A DNA stretch of 32,000 bases. Source: Candidatus Methylomirabilis oxygeniifera (GTDB taxonomy: Bacteria; Methylomirabilota; Methylomirabilia; Methylomirabilales; Methylomirabilaceae). The notes beneath the pieces were generated by a model. That model saw nothing but the letters and a program-made list of their open reading frames with translations, did not search any database and was not told the origin of the DNA. Both the position numbers and the translations under genes were made by a program. Shown here in pieces: positions 1 to 7,494 of this stretch. Location of the stretch: contig FP565575.1 in assembly GCA_000091165.1 (NCBI GenBank), forward strand, positions 930,001-962,000. Reading direction: 5' to 3'. Numbering within the stretch: position 1 is the first letter of the stretch; the number at the start of each line of letters is the position of its first letter.

Positions 1-164
1 TTGTCTCCTTGTGTGATTGTGATAAAGCCGGTTAACGCGGACTTCCTCGTTGCGGTGTAAGACCGTGGGTGGTAACGCCGACTGAGTATTGACATGTGGC
101 GCCTGTCCTCCTGGTGCAGGATGTCGCAGATACTTGCACATGGTCCCAGCTCCTGTCGGTTGAT

Positions 165-524
165 TCAGGCCGACCGCTTCAGTGGCAGATCCGGCATCTG
201 TGAGAAGCTGCTTTCAAGGTCGTGGTACAGTGCATAAACCTGAAGGAAGGGATTCCAATCGAATTGCGCCCGAAGTTCATCTTGAAGAGCGTACAGCCTG
301 AGGGTACCATCCTGCGCCTTGACCTCCTGGCGGATAGCCCCTAGGACGCCCAGCTCCGGGATGCCGAGCTCGTCAAGCCCGGTCAGGTTGATGACGACTT
401 TCACACCGTGGCGCCGCAGCAACGGCAAGAGGACCCGGTGTAACCGTGCCTCCTCGTTGTCTGCCGCCTTCCCATCAAGCCTGATGATCAGACTCCCTTT
501 GTGCTCCTTGATCCGGTATCGCAT
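165..524 (-). CDS. STAS-domain protein (anti-sigma-antagonist fold), 119 aa
   Basis: ORF 165..638 trimmed to the ATG at 524 (MRYRIKEHKGSLIIRLDG...). GAGGAG lies 6 nt upstream, and the longer N-terminus would overlap the upstream 72-aa gene. VVINLTGLDELGIPELGVLG resembles the STAS core. Confidence 0.6.
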   Translation of the reverse strand: MRYRIKEHKGSLIIRLDGKAADNEEARLHRVLLPLLRRHGVKVVINLTGLDELGIPELGVLGAIRQEVKAQDGTLRLYALQDELRAQFDWNPFLQVYALYHDLESSFSQMPDLPLKRSA

Positions 525-546
525 ATGCCACTCCTCTTTGTTATGG

Positions 547-765
547 TTACGCCGCCAGTCGTTGCCCGCCCATTGGTCGAATACTGATACGCAGTGCCTG
601 CTCTTCCCTGTTGTACGAAATTCGTTCGATGGTTCCATCGATGGGGCTCAGTACAAATTGATCATCGAAATATGGAGAGAGGCCTAACAGGTAGCCCCTC
701 TTTACCTCGCTCTTTGCGACCAGTCGGTTGTAAGAACTCCCATCAACCTTCAACGTAATCAGCAT
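547..765 (-). CDS. Hypothetical 72-aa protein, first gene of the STAS operon
   Basis: Strong SD (AAAAAGGAGGATGAC then ATG at 765). It ends 22 nt before the STAS start. No family recognised. Confidence 0.5.
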   Translation of the reverse strand: MLITLKVDGSSYNRLVAKSEVKRGYLLGLSPYFDDQFVLSPIDGTIERISYNREEQALRISIRPMGGQRLAA

Positions 766-786
766 GTCATCCTCCTTTTTGATGGC

Positions 787-840
787 ATCCTAACCGTGGC
801 TTGTTACAACCATATGAAGGATCGATGACACGGAAGTAAA
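787..840 (-). promoter_or_regulatory. Phased direct-repeat promoter (Pho-box-like) of the 72-aa/STAS operon
   Basis: Read on the minus strand: TTTAC (840-836), GTCAT (829-825), TTCAT (818-814), GTAAC (807-803), exactly 11 bp apart. A 10-bp gap is followed by TAGGAT (792-787). Confidence 0.5.
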
Positions 841-1007
841 TTCGAGACCTCGGAGTAGCGATCTCAGTGAGAGCGGGAAGAGAAATAGTGTGAGAGCGGA
901 GCACACCGGGGCAAACCGCAGTATCAGGGGCAGCTATCCCGTGGTGCGGTCCGTTCCGGCTTCCACCGTCCTATACGATTTGCGGAAGAGTCTTAAATAG
1001 AAGAAAT

Positions 1008-1063
1008 GTTACACCACTGCAACATCGCAGTAATCCGGGTGTAATTGTGGCCTGTTTTACTTA
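1008..1063 (+). promoter_or_regulatory. Phased direct-repeat promoter (Pho-box-like) of the zinc-ribbon/HMA-like operon
   Basis: GTTAC 1008, GCAAC 1019, GTAAT 1030, GTAAT 1041 (11-bp phase). The -10-like hexamer is TTTACT/TACTTA at 1056-1063. Confidence 0.45.
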
Positions 1064-1067
1064 GGCC

Positions 1068-1364
1068 ATGAGAATCGCTTGTCCGGAAGAGGGGAGAGTA
1101 GAAACACGGGGCGGTGAAGTGATGTGCCCGTCATGCGGTTCAGAAGCCGTCAACAGGTACGGACGGGCATGGACCCAAAAGCAGCGGTTTCGATGCCTGA
1201 TATGCGGAAGACAGTTCACGCTTGGCAATCGAAACACCACACCTGCCAAGAGACCTTACTGCGGTAAGTGCGGTCGACCAATGCATATCTATAAACGGGA
1301 AGCGAATATTATCAGATTCAGGTGTTCCGGGTATCCGGACTGTCGGGGCTTTCACAAACAGTGA
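1068..1364 (+). CDS. Dual zinc-ribbon protein (IS1/IS1595-transposase-like CxxC..CxxC ribbon plus topoisomerase-type C4 ribbon)
   Basis: CPSCGSEAVNRYGRAWTQKQRFRCLICGRQF followed by CGKCGRPMHIYKREANIIRFRCSGYPDC. The real start may be the ATG at 1122 (MCPSCG), because the predicted -10 sits only about 5 nt before 1068. Confidence 0.6.
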   Translation: MRIACPEEGRVETRGGEVMCPSCGSEAVNRYGRAWTQKQRFRCLICGRQFTLGNRNTTPAKRPYCGKCGRPMHIYKREANIIRFRCSGYPDCRGFHKQ

Positions 1365-1379
1365 GCGAGGAGGTGTGAC

Positions 1380-1751
1380 GTGAGTCACTATATCCACGAT
1401 ATACCGGGAAGGCTCAGGGTGAGGACGCCCGTGATCCAGCGCAATCCCCATCTTGCCCAGGAAGTCTACGGGCTGTTGGCGGTGCTTCGCGGAATAGAGA
1501 GCGTGACAGTCAAGGTCGTGACCGGGAGTATCGTGATTCACTATGACCACAAGGTGATCCGGTCGCGAGAGATTATTGCCGCCCTCACCCACGCCGGTTA
1601 TTTTGATCCGAAGAAGGCGATCACCCACGATGACTACCTGCATGACGCATGCGTCAAGACCGGCAAGATCGTGTGGAAGGCCTTCTTTGGGGCTTTTGTA
1701 GATACGGCACTTGAAGGGTCCGCGCTGTCGTTCATCGCAATTCTGATATAG
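1380..1751 (+). CDS. CxxC-less HMA-like domain protein with hydrophobic C-terminus, 123 aa
   Basis: GTG start 6 nt after GAGGAGG (1367-1373). It shares H-x-GRLRVR ... TGSIVIHY with two other proteins in this window and has no metal-binding CxxC. The C-terminus WKAFFGAFVDTALEGSALSFIAILI is hydrophobic. Confidence 0.65.
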   Translation: MSHYIHDIPGRLRVRTPVIQRNPHLAQEVYGLLAVLRGIESVTVKVVTGSIVIHYDHKVIRSREIIAALTHAGYFDPKKAITHDDYLHDACVKTGKIVWKAFFGAFVDTALEGSALSFIAILI

Positions 1752-1800
1752 CAATTCCCCACATTGCCTTCTCCCGTTGCATCGCGCAGCGGTATTCCTA

Positions 1801-3000
1801 TCAGCCTTGCAGGGCACTGACCTTATCGGTGACCTCCCATGGAAGTCCGATGTCCATCCGTCCCACATGTCCATATGCAGCCAACTTCCTGTAAAACCCA
1901 CCTTTGATCAGGGATGGCAGATAGCGCAGGTTGAACTGCCTCATGATCCCAACGATCCGAAAATCGACATGGTTCTCAAGGAGCTGGGCGATCCGGGCGT
2001 CCGGCAGCTTGCCTGTGCCGAATGTCTCCACCTGCACGCTGACGGGTCGTGACAGGCCGATAGAGTAGCTTAACTGGACCTCACATTCCCGTGCTAGCCC
2101 GGCGGCAACCACGTTCTTGGCCGCATAGCGGGCGATGTACGCGCCGATACGGTCGATCCGCATGGGATCCTTCCCGCTCAGCGCCGCACCACTGTGTCGT
2201 GAATACTCCCCATAGGTGTCGATGGCATTCTTTCTGCCGGTCAGTCCGGAATGGATGGACGGTCCGCCGACGACAAACGGACCGTCCGGATTGACGAAGA
2301 TCCTGGTCTTGTCGTCCGGCTTGATCTCCGCTTCCTGTAGGATCGGGTGGATGACCATCTCTTTAAGATCCTGTTCCAGTCTTTTTAGATCGGGACCGCC
2401 GGCTGTCGAGGGTCTGCCCTGACTGGCAATCAGCGTGATGCTGTGTATCCTGTACGGCCTACGATCTCTGTACTCAACGCCGACCTGCGTCTTGCCGTCC
2501 GGAGCGAGATAGGGTAGGAGCTTTTGGAGCCTCACGGAGGTCAGCCGCCGGGCCAGCCGATGGGCCAGCCAGATGGGAAGCGGCATGAGGGCAGAGGTCT
2601 GATCGCATGCATAGCCGAAGACGGTCACCTGATTTCTTACCGGAATCCGCTCGATCTCTTCGTCTGACAGATACCGTTCGTCGAACGAGTCGGACTCCTC
2701 AGTGGGTAACTCCTTCAGACTGGTCAGAATGCTGCAGGTCTTGGCATTGAAGGAGTGGTCCGCGTACCCGACCTGGTTGATCACCTGTCTGGCGATGTTG
2801 GCGAAGTCGATAGAGACATTGGTAGAAAACCTGGCTGCAATAAATACAATGGCGGTTGAAACCGCGCATTCAGCGATCACCCGTGAACAGGGATCCCGTT
2901 GAAGGATATGATCCACGATGGCATCACTGATCTGATCGCACAGTTTATCGGGGTGTCCCTCTGTCACCGATTCGGAGGTAAACATAAAGTCAGCCTTCAT
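1801..3000 (-). CDS. metK: S-adenosylmethionine synthetase family protein, divergent paralog
   Basis: SESVTEGHPDKLCDQISDAIVD, PDGKTQV, GLTGRK..DTYG, SGKDP..DR..AY.ARY.AKN.VAAGLA. Trimmed to the ATG at 3000 (GAGGTG 6 nt upstream). Several invariant MAT motifs are altered (see findings). Confidence 0.85.
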   Translation of the reverse strand: MKADFMFTSESVTEGHPDKLCDQISDAIVDHILQRDPCSRVIAECAVSTAIVFIAARFSTNVSIDFANIARQVINQVGYADHSFNAKTCSILTSLKELPTEESDSFDERYLSDEEIERIPVRNQVTVFGYACDQTSALMPLPIWLAHRLARRLTSVRLQKLLPYLAPDGKTQVGVEYRDRRPYRIHSITLIASQGRPSTAGGPDLKRLEQDLKEMVIHPILQEAEIKPDDKTRIFVNPDGPFVVGGPSIHSGLTGRKNAIDTYGEYSRHSGAALSGKDPMRIDRIGAYIARYAAKNVVAAGLARECEVQLSYSIGLSRPVSVQVETFGTGKLPDARIAQLLENHVDFRIVGIMRQFNLRYLPSLIKGGFYRKLAAYGHVGRMDIGLPWEVTDKVSALQG

Positions 3001-3054
3001 GTGCGTCACCTCGTATGGCGAATGTACCGTCCCAAAAGTCTCTTTGCTTTGATT

Positions 3055-3119
3055 GTCATTCCGAGCTTGACCCGGAATCCAGGCCTTCTACTCTGGATTC
3101 CCGCTTTCGCGGGAATGAC
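3055..3119. repeat. Compound palindromic REP-like element (the 'IPAFAGMT / FPRKRES' type)
   Basis: Outer inverted repeat GTCATTCC (3055-3062) / GGAATGAC (3112-3119). Inner hairpin ATTCCCGC-TTTC-GCGGGAAT (3097-3116) and ATTCCG..CGGAAT (about 3058-3078). It yields the spurious peptide WIPAFAGMT in ORF 2899..3228. Confidence 0.6.
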
Positions 3120-6100
3120 GACCCCGGAAATGAATGTACAGAAGCATCGGATACACACACTATTGCCGGACCCGTTGTGGTGTGGTTGTTTGTCGTTGGG
3201 TGTATGCGAAGCTTGGTGGCCTCGTTGACCAGGAATGGGATCAGTGCGCCTCCTCCTACTACAAGCGCGTCTACCACCCCGAGAGGCGCAATACTCAGGA
3301 GACTGCGGAGTCCTGGAACTGTCAGTGTAGCGGCCTGAACGGCAAACGATCCGCCCAGTGCAAGCTGGAGGTATCGGTTGGGGGGGAGCGGAGTCCGGGC
3401 AGCCGGCGGATCATAGATCGTGTGTCTTTCTGAGCGGCAACTGAGGGCGTGCAGGAGCTGTCCCAGGACCAGGGTCACAAAGGCCATCGTGCCGGCCTGC
3501 GGCCCCATGCCGTATCTCAGGATACCATAGGTATAGGCCCCCATCGAACCCGCCGAGATCACGCCGGCCTCGTACGCGATCCTCTTCAGGTCGGCAGTGC
3601 TCAGGATCGGTTCGTGTGGATTTCGGGGTGGGCGACTCAACACATCAGGTTCGGGTGGCTCAAGGGCCAGCGCCAAGCCCGGGAAGATATCCGAGATCAG
3701 ATTGATCCACAAAAGCTGCATGGGGTTGAGCGGTTCACCCAGTCCCACCGTCATAGCGGCCGACATGACGAGCAGCTCGCTCGCGTTTGTGGCCAGGAGA
3801 AAATGGACCGCCTTTCTGATGTTGTTGTAGGTCGTCCTGCCATGGCTGATGGCCACGATCATCGTTTCAAGATCGTCGTTTTCCAGCACCACATCCGCCA
3901 CCTCCCTGGCGACATCCGTACCGGCGTGGCCCATCGCGATCCCGATATCTGCGGCCTTCAGAGCCGGTCCATCATTGATGCCGTCGCCGGTCATGGCCAC
4001 GACCCTGCCGGCTCGCTGAAGCGCCTGGACGATCTGCAGCTTATTGGCAGGGCTGACCCTCGAAAACACGTGGACCTTTTTTGAGAGCGCCTCCATGACC
4101 TGAGGATCCACGGTTGCCAAGTGGGTCGAGTCCAGGATTTCAAGCGACCCATTTCCGCCCAGATTCAACGACTTGCCGATGGCGTAGGCCGTAGGACTCT
4201 GATCTCCGGTGATCATGACGGTATCGATCCCAGCCTGGTGAAACCGGGGAATCAACTCCTTGACGCCGTTCCTGATCGGATCAGCCATGCCGACCAACCC
4301 GAGCCAGATCAATCCATGTCCGACATGACCCCCGTCCTCCGCATGATCCTGGTGGGCGTATGCGAGCCCCAGGACTCTAAGTGAATCACCGGCCATGCGT
4401 TCATTTTCGTTCTCAATCGTTGCGCGTATCTCCTCGGAGAGGGGAATCTGTTGACCGTCTTTCAGGTACCACTGACACATGTCCAGGACCTCTCGAGGAC
4501 TGCCCTTGACAGCCAACAGTCGTGACGGGGAATCCGACCGGTGCAGCGTCGTCATGTAGTTCCGATTTTCGGAGCGTTGGGTCATCTTGAGCAGCGGATA
4601 CCGCTCCCGGATTTTCAGGACATCGATCCCTGCGCTGACGGCCAGATGGACCAGGGCGTTCTCTGTGGGCGAGCCTGTCAGCACGCACTCCTCCCCGAGA
4701 TGACTCACGACGGTTTCGTTGCACAGCACCGAGGCATGAACCAATCTCAGGAGCTCGTCGCAGGTGAATGGGTTGATCGTGACCTCTCCTGAGACGAACC
4801 TCCCCTCTGTGATCGTGATAGTCTGCAGACTTGTGTGGATGGCCACCACCGACATCCGGTTCATGGTGATGGTTCCGGTCTTGTCCAGACAGATCGTCTG
4901 GACCGATCCGAGGGTCTCTACGGCATGAAGATATCGGATCAGGACATGATGTCGCCTCATGCTCCTGATTCCCAACGCCAGCGTCGTCGTGGCGACAGTG
5001 GACAGGCCTTCAGGGACGGCCGCCACTGCCAGTGAAATGGCGATCTTGAACATCCGGACAAAGCCGTATCCGCGGAGCAGGCCGATGACAAAGACCAGCA
5101 CGCAGGCCAAACCGCCAAGCCACACCGAGTGGTTGCCGATCTGTCTGAGCCGCCTTTCCATGGGGGTCTCGGGCGGTACCGCCTCGCCGGTCAGGATCTG
5201 AATCTGTCCCATCTCTGTCACGCCCCCGGTGGCGACCACCACAGCCAGCCCTTCGCCTCCCGTCACCAGGGTTCCCATATAGACCATGTTGATCCGATCG
5301 GCCAGCGGGACGGCGGCCGCAAGGATCGATTCCGCGGTCTTGAGCGCAGGCATATTCTCGCCGGTCAGCGCCGACTCATCCACATACAGATATCGGCTGT
5401 CCACGATCCTGGCATCCGCCGCAACGTAGCTTCCGGGTCTGAGTGCCAGGAGATCCCCAATGACGACCTCCTCTGCGCGAATGGTGAGGAGAGCGCCGTC
5501 CCGGATGACTGCCGCAGAAGGGGTCACCAGTTTCTTGAGGGAATGGAGCGTGTCCTCAGTTTGACTTTCGGTGACATACCCAATCGTGGCATTGATGCAT
5601 ACGACTCCAAGGATGACCAGCGCATCGGCAACCCCACCGGTCACAAACGAGAGCGCGGCGGCTGCCGCAAGGAGGGCGACAGGCAGCGAGGCAAACTGAT
5701 CGATCAGGATACCGAATCGTGATCGACGGAGCGCCTCAGGCAAGACATTCGGACCATATTGCGTGAGGCGTTCCCGCACTGATTCTTCAGATAGCCCTGA
5801 TCGTGTCGCACTCAGAATCGTAAGCGCCGAATCGATTTCGAGGGCGTGCCATGGGTGAACCGCCCGTCTTTCGACGGGAGACGTGGGAGAGGTGGCGGGT
5901 CTTGCCGTATGAGGGAGACGCTTACCGTTGAACGGCTGGTCGCTATACTCTGAAACGATACCCCTGATAAGGACGGTGACCGTCTTGGTGGTGTGGTCCG
6001 AATTGAAGACGATCAGGAGATTTCCGGTCAGGACGCTTGCCGAGGCATTCTTGATCCCCTTGACCTGATGGAGGCGGGACTCGAGGTATCCTTTGAGCAT

Positions 6101-6172
6101 CTGAGAGCGGTAGAGACCGCTGACTCGTAGCCTGATCCTCCCCTTCACCTGATTGTGTACGGCCTGAACCAC
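3056..6172 (-). CDS. P2-type (SERCA/PMCA-like) cation-transporting ATPase with N-terminal HMA-like domain, 1038 aa
   Basis: DKTGTIT (4865-4885), AVAAVPEGLSTVATTTLALG, MITGDQ, GDGINDGPALK, and a Cation_ATPase_N-like segment (WHALEIDSAL...GLSEESVRERLTQYGPN). N-terminal residues 1-75 carry GRIRLRV...LTGNLLIVF. GTG start 7 nt after GAGG. Confidence 0.9.
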   Translation of the reverse strand: MVQAVHNQVKGRIRLRVSGLYRSQMLKGYLESRLHQVKGIKNASASVLTGNLLIVFNSDHTTKTVTVLIRGIVSEYSDQPFNGKRLPHTARPATSPTSPVERRAVHPWHALEIDSALTILSATRSGLSEESVRERLTQYGPNVLPEALRRSRFGILIDQFASLPVALLAAAAALSFVTGGVADALVILGVVCINATIGYVTESQTEDTLHSLKKLVTPSAAVIRDGALLTIRAEEVVIGDLLALRPGSYVAADARIVDSRYLYVDESALTGENMPALKTAESILAAAVPLADRINMVYMGTLVTGGEGLAVVVATGGVTEMGQIQILTGEAVPPETPMERRLRQIGNHSVWLGGLACVLVFVIGLLRGYGFVRMFKIAISLAVAAVPEGLSTVATTTLALGIRSMRRHHVLIRYLHAVETLGSVQTICLDKTGTITMNRMSVVAIHTSLQTITITEGRFVSGEVTINPFTCDELLRLVHASVLCNETVVSHLGEECVLTGSPTENALVHLAVSAGIDVLKIRERYPLLKMTQRSENRNYMTTLHRSDSPSRLLAVKGSPREVLDMCQWYLKDGQQIPLSEEIRATIENENERMAGDSLRVLGLAYAHQDHAEDGGHVGHGLIWLGLVGMADPIRNGVKELIPRFHQAGIDTVMITGDQSPTAYAIGKSLNLGGNGSLEILDSTHLATVDPQVMEALSKKVHVFSRVSPANKLQIVQALQRAGRVVAMTGDGINDGPALKAADIGIAMGHAGTDVAREVADVVLENDDLETMIVAISHGRTTYNNIRKAVHFLLATNASELLVMSAAMTVGLGEPLNPMQLLWINLISDIFPGLALALEPPEPDVLSRPPRNPHEPILSTADLKRIAYEAGVISAGSMGAYTYGILRYGMGPQAGTMAFVTLVLGQLLHALSCRSERHTIYDPPAARTPLPPNRYLQLALGGSFAVQAATLTVPGLRSLLSIAPLGVVDALVVGGGALIPFLVNEATKLRIHPTTNNHTTTGPAIVCVSDASVHSFPGSSFPRKRESRVEGLDSGSSSE

Positions 6173-6189
6173 AAGGAGACCTCTAAAAG

Positions 6190-6236
6190 AAGCCGTCCTG
6201 ATCGAAGGCAGGGGCAGGTGTCAATCAGGACGGCTT
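6190..6236 (-). terminator. Intra-operon stem-loop (13-bp perfect stem) followed by CUUUU: attenuator or partial terminator
   Basis: AAGCCGTCCTGAT (6190-6202) pairs with ATCAGGACGGCTT (6224-6236), with a 21-nt loop. On the minus strand the stem is followed by CTTTTAGAGG, which also contains the ATPase SD. Confidence 0.45.
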
Positions 6237-6251
6237 TTGGTGGCGTGAGTA

Positions 6252-6953
6252 TTACTTGCTTCGTATGCGACCCTTGGGGACGGTCGATGATTCCAGAGGC
6301 TCGGCAGGTGCCGGTGACTTGGCTGGTGATGGTGGGGTCGGCACGCTCGCGCCGGATCTCGGGAGCGCTGCGCTTGCGACCTCCTTGACGCCCTCGACAA
6401 CGCCCAGCAGGATATCTTTCACAGTCCTGACGGCAGTCTGCCCGATGCTGCCCGCTGCCTCGATGGCTCCGGTTACGGCTACTCCGGCAGCCTTCTCCAC
6501 GTTGCCGCCTGTCTCTTTGACCGCATCAACCACGCCGTCTACAGCGCTTCTGGCCACGAGGCCGATGTCGGCCCCGATCTCGGCGGCGCCGGACACGGCG
6601 GCCTTTACGGTCTGACCGGCAACGCTCATCGCATCGCCTCCTACATCACCAACCCCCATGATGACCCCTTTGGCGACACTTCTGGTGCTCATGACCAGAC
6701 CTGTACCGACCTCCTCTGTGGCCTGGATCGCACCCTTGACGACATCACGTGTAAGGCCGATAGCCTCACCGGCCACTCCCCCCGTCGCCCTGAGGGTCTG
6801 AGAAACAGTATTTCGCACTAGACTGACGATTTCGGCTTCGATCTCATTAATCCCCTTCAGACTCGAGACGATCCCGTCCTTCACTGTTGTACCGGCTTTC
6901 CCGATCGGTTCAGATATACCTGATCCACCCTTTTCACCCTCTTCGATAACCAT
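6252..6953 (-). CDS. Gly/Ala/Val-rich protein built from 7-8 tandem ~22-residue repeats with a Pro-rich basic tail, 233 aa
   Basis: SD GAAGGAG upstream of the ATG at 6953. Repeats include LTRDVVKGAIQATEEVGTGLV, MSTRSVAKGVIMGVGDVGGDAM, SVAGQTVKAAVSGAAEIGADIG, LVARSAVDGVVDAVKETGGNVE and KAAGVAVTGAIEAAGSIGQTAV. Confidence 0.7.
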   Translation of the reverse strand: MVIEEGEKGGSGISEPIGKAGTTVKDGIVSSLKGINEIEAEIVSLVRNTVSQTLRATGGVAGEAIGLTRDVVKGAIQATEEVGTGLVMSTRSVAKGVIMGVGDVGGDAMSVAGQTVKAAVSGAAEIGADIGLVARSAVDGVVDAVKETGGNVEKAAGVAVTGAIEAAGSIGQTAVRTVKDILLGVVEGVKEVASAALPRSGASVPTPPSPAKSPAPAEPLESSTVPKGRIRSK

Positions 6954-6974
6954 CGCTAATCTCCTTCACGGTTG

Positions 6975-7481
6975 TTATTCGCCACCGGCCGCTGTGTCAC
7001 GTTGCCGTTCCTTCATGAGGCTGTGGGCATACCACAGCGCCGTTATGGCAGGCATCATGATATGGCCCCTCGTCAGTTGAATAATCGCGACGCCAACGAA
7101 TCCCAGTATGGCAAGCATCCTGAAATCGATGTCGCTACTCGCGCGGCCACCGACCTCTCCATTGACTTCTCGCGGGGATTGCTTGCGAATCACGGACGCA
7201 GACGTCTGGTTAGGAGGGGATACCTTCAGGCGAAACAGGTTATTGAATTCGCTGTACTGCGCAACCATCTCAAGGTCTGTAGCTTGCAGGTCCAAGGTAT
7301 GAAGGACAAGTATGCTCCCTGTCATGGGATTCGCCTCGATCCTCTGAATCCCTGGTAGTTCAGATAACCCCGCCAGCTTTTCCTTTAACGAAGCAAAATA
7401 GGTCGAATCGCCCTTCCTGTCAGGGATCTTGATCCTGACCCTTCCTTGAGTCGCATGAGTAATGTAGGCATCCGGAAGCAT
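6975..7481 (-). CDS. CxxC-less HMA-like domain protein with C-terminal TM segment, 168 aa
   Basis: ORF 6975..7631 trimmed to the ATG at 7481 (MLPDAYITHATQGRVRIKIP...), because the longer form overlaps the upstream gene out of frame. Motifs: GRVRIK ... MTGSILVLHT. TM-like FRMLAILGFVGVAIIQL. Confidence 0.7.
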   Translation of the reverse strand: MLPDAYITHATQGRVRIKIPDRKGDSTYFASLKEKLAGLSELPGIQRIEANPMTGSILVLHTLDLQATDLEMVAQYSEFNNLFRLKVSPPNQTSASVIRKQSPREVNGEVGGRASSDIDFRMLAILGFVGVAIIQLTRGHIMMPAITALWYAHSLMKERQRDTAAGGE

Positions 7482-7494
7482 CACGCCCCTACCT

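Noticed and set aside
1-164. A possible SD (revcomp of 1-15 = CACACAAGGAGACAA) for a minus-strand gene starting just left of the window
   Set aside because: The gene itself lies outside the window and nothing can be verified. No phased repeats were found in 16-164.
1140-1901. 253-aa minus-strand ORF
   Set aside because: It is antisense to the zinc-ribbon and HMA-like genes and overlaps the metK 3' end. It has no SD and an Arg/Pro-rich composition typical of shadow ORFs in high-GC DNA.
2899-3338. ORFs 2899..3228, 3015..3338 and 3134..3433 on the plus strand
   Set aside because: They are translations of the REP element (WIPAFAGMT, SRFRGNDD) and of the antisense strand of metK and the ATPase. 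They are not genes.
3449-5722. Several 66-211-aa plus-strand ORFs, and minus-strand ORF 4413..4724, inside the ATPase gene
   Set aside because: All lie within the P-type ATPase gene, antisense or in an alternative frame. The ATPase has unambiguous motifs along its whole length.
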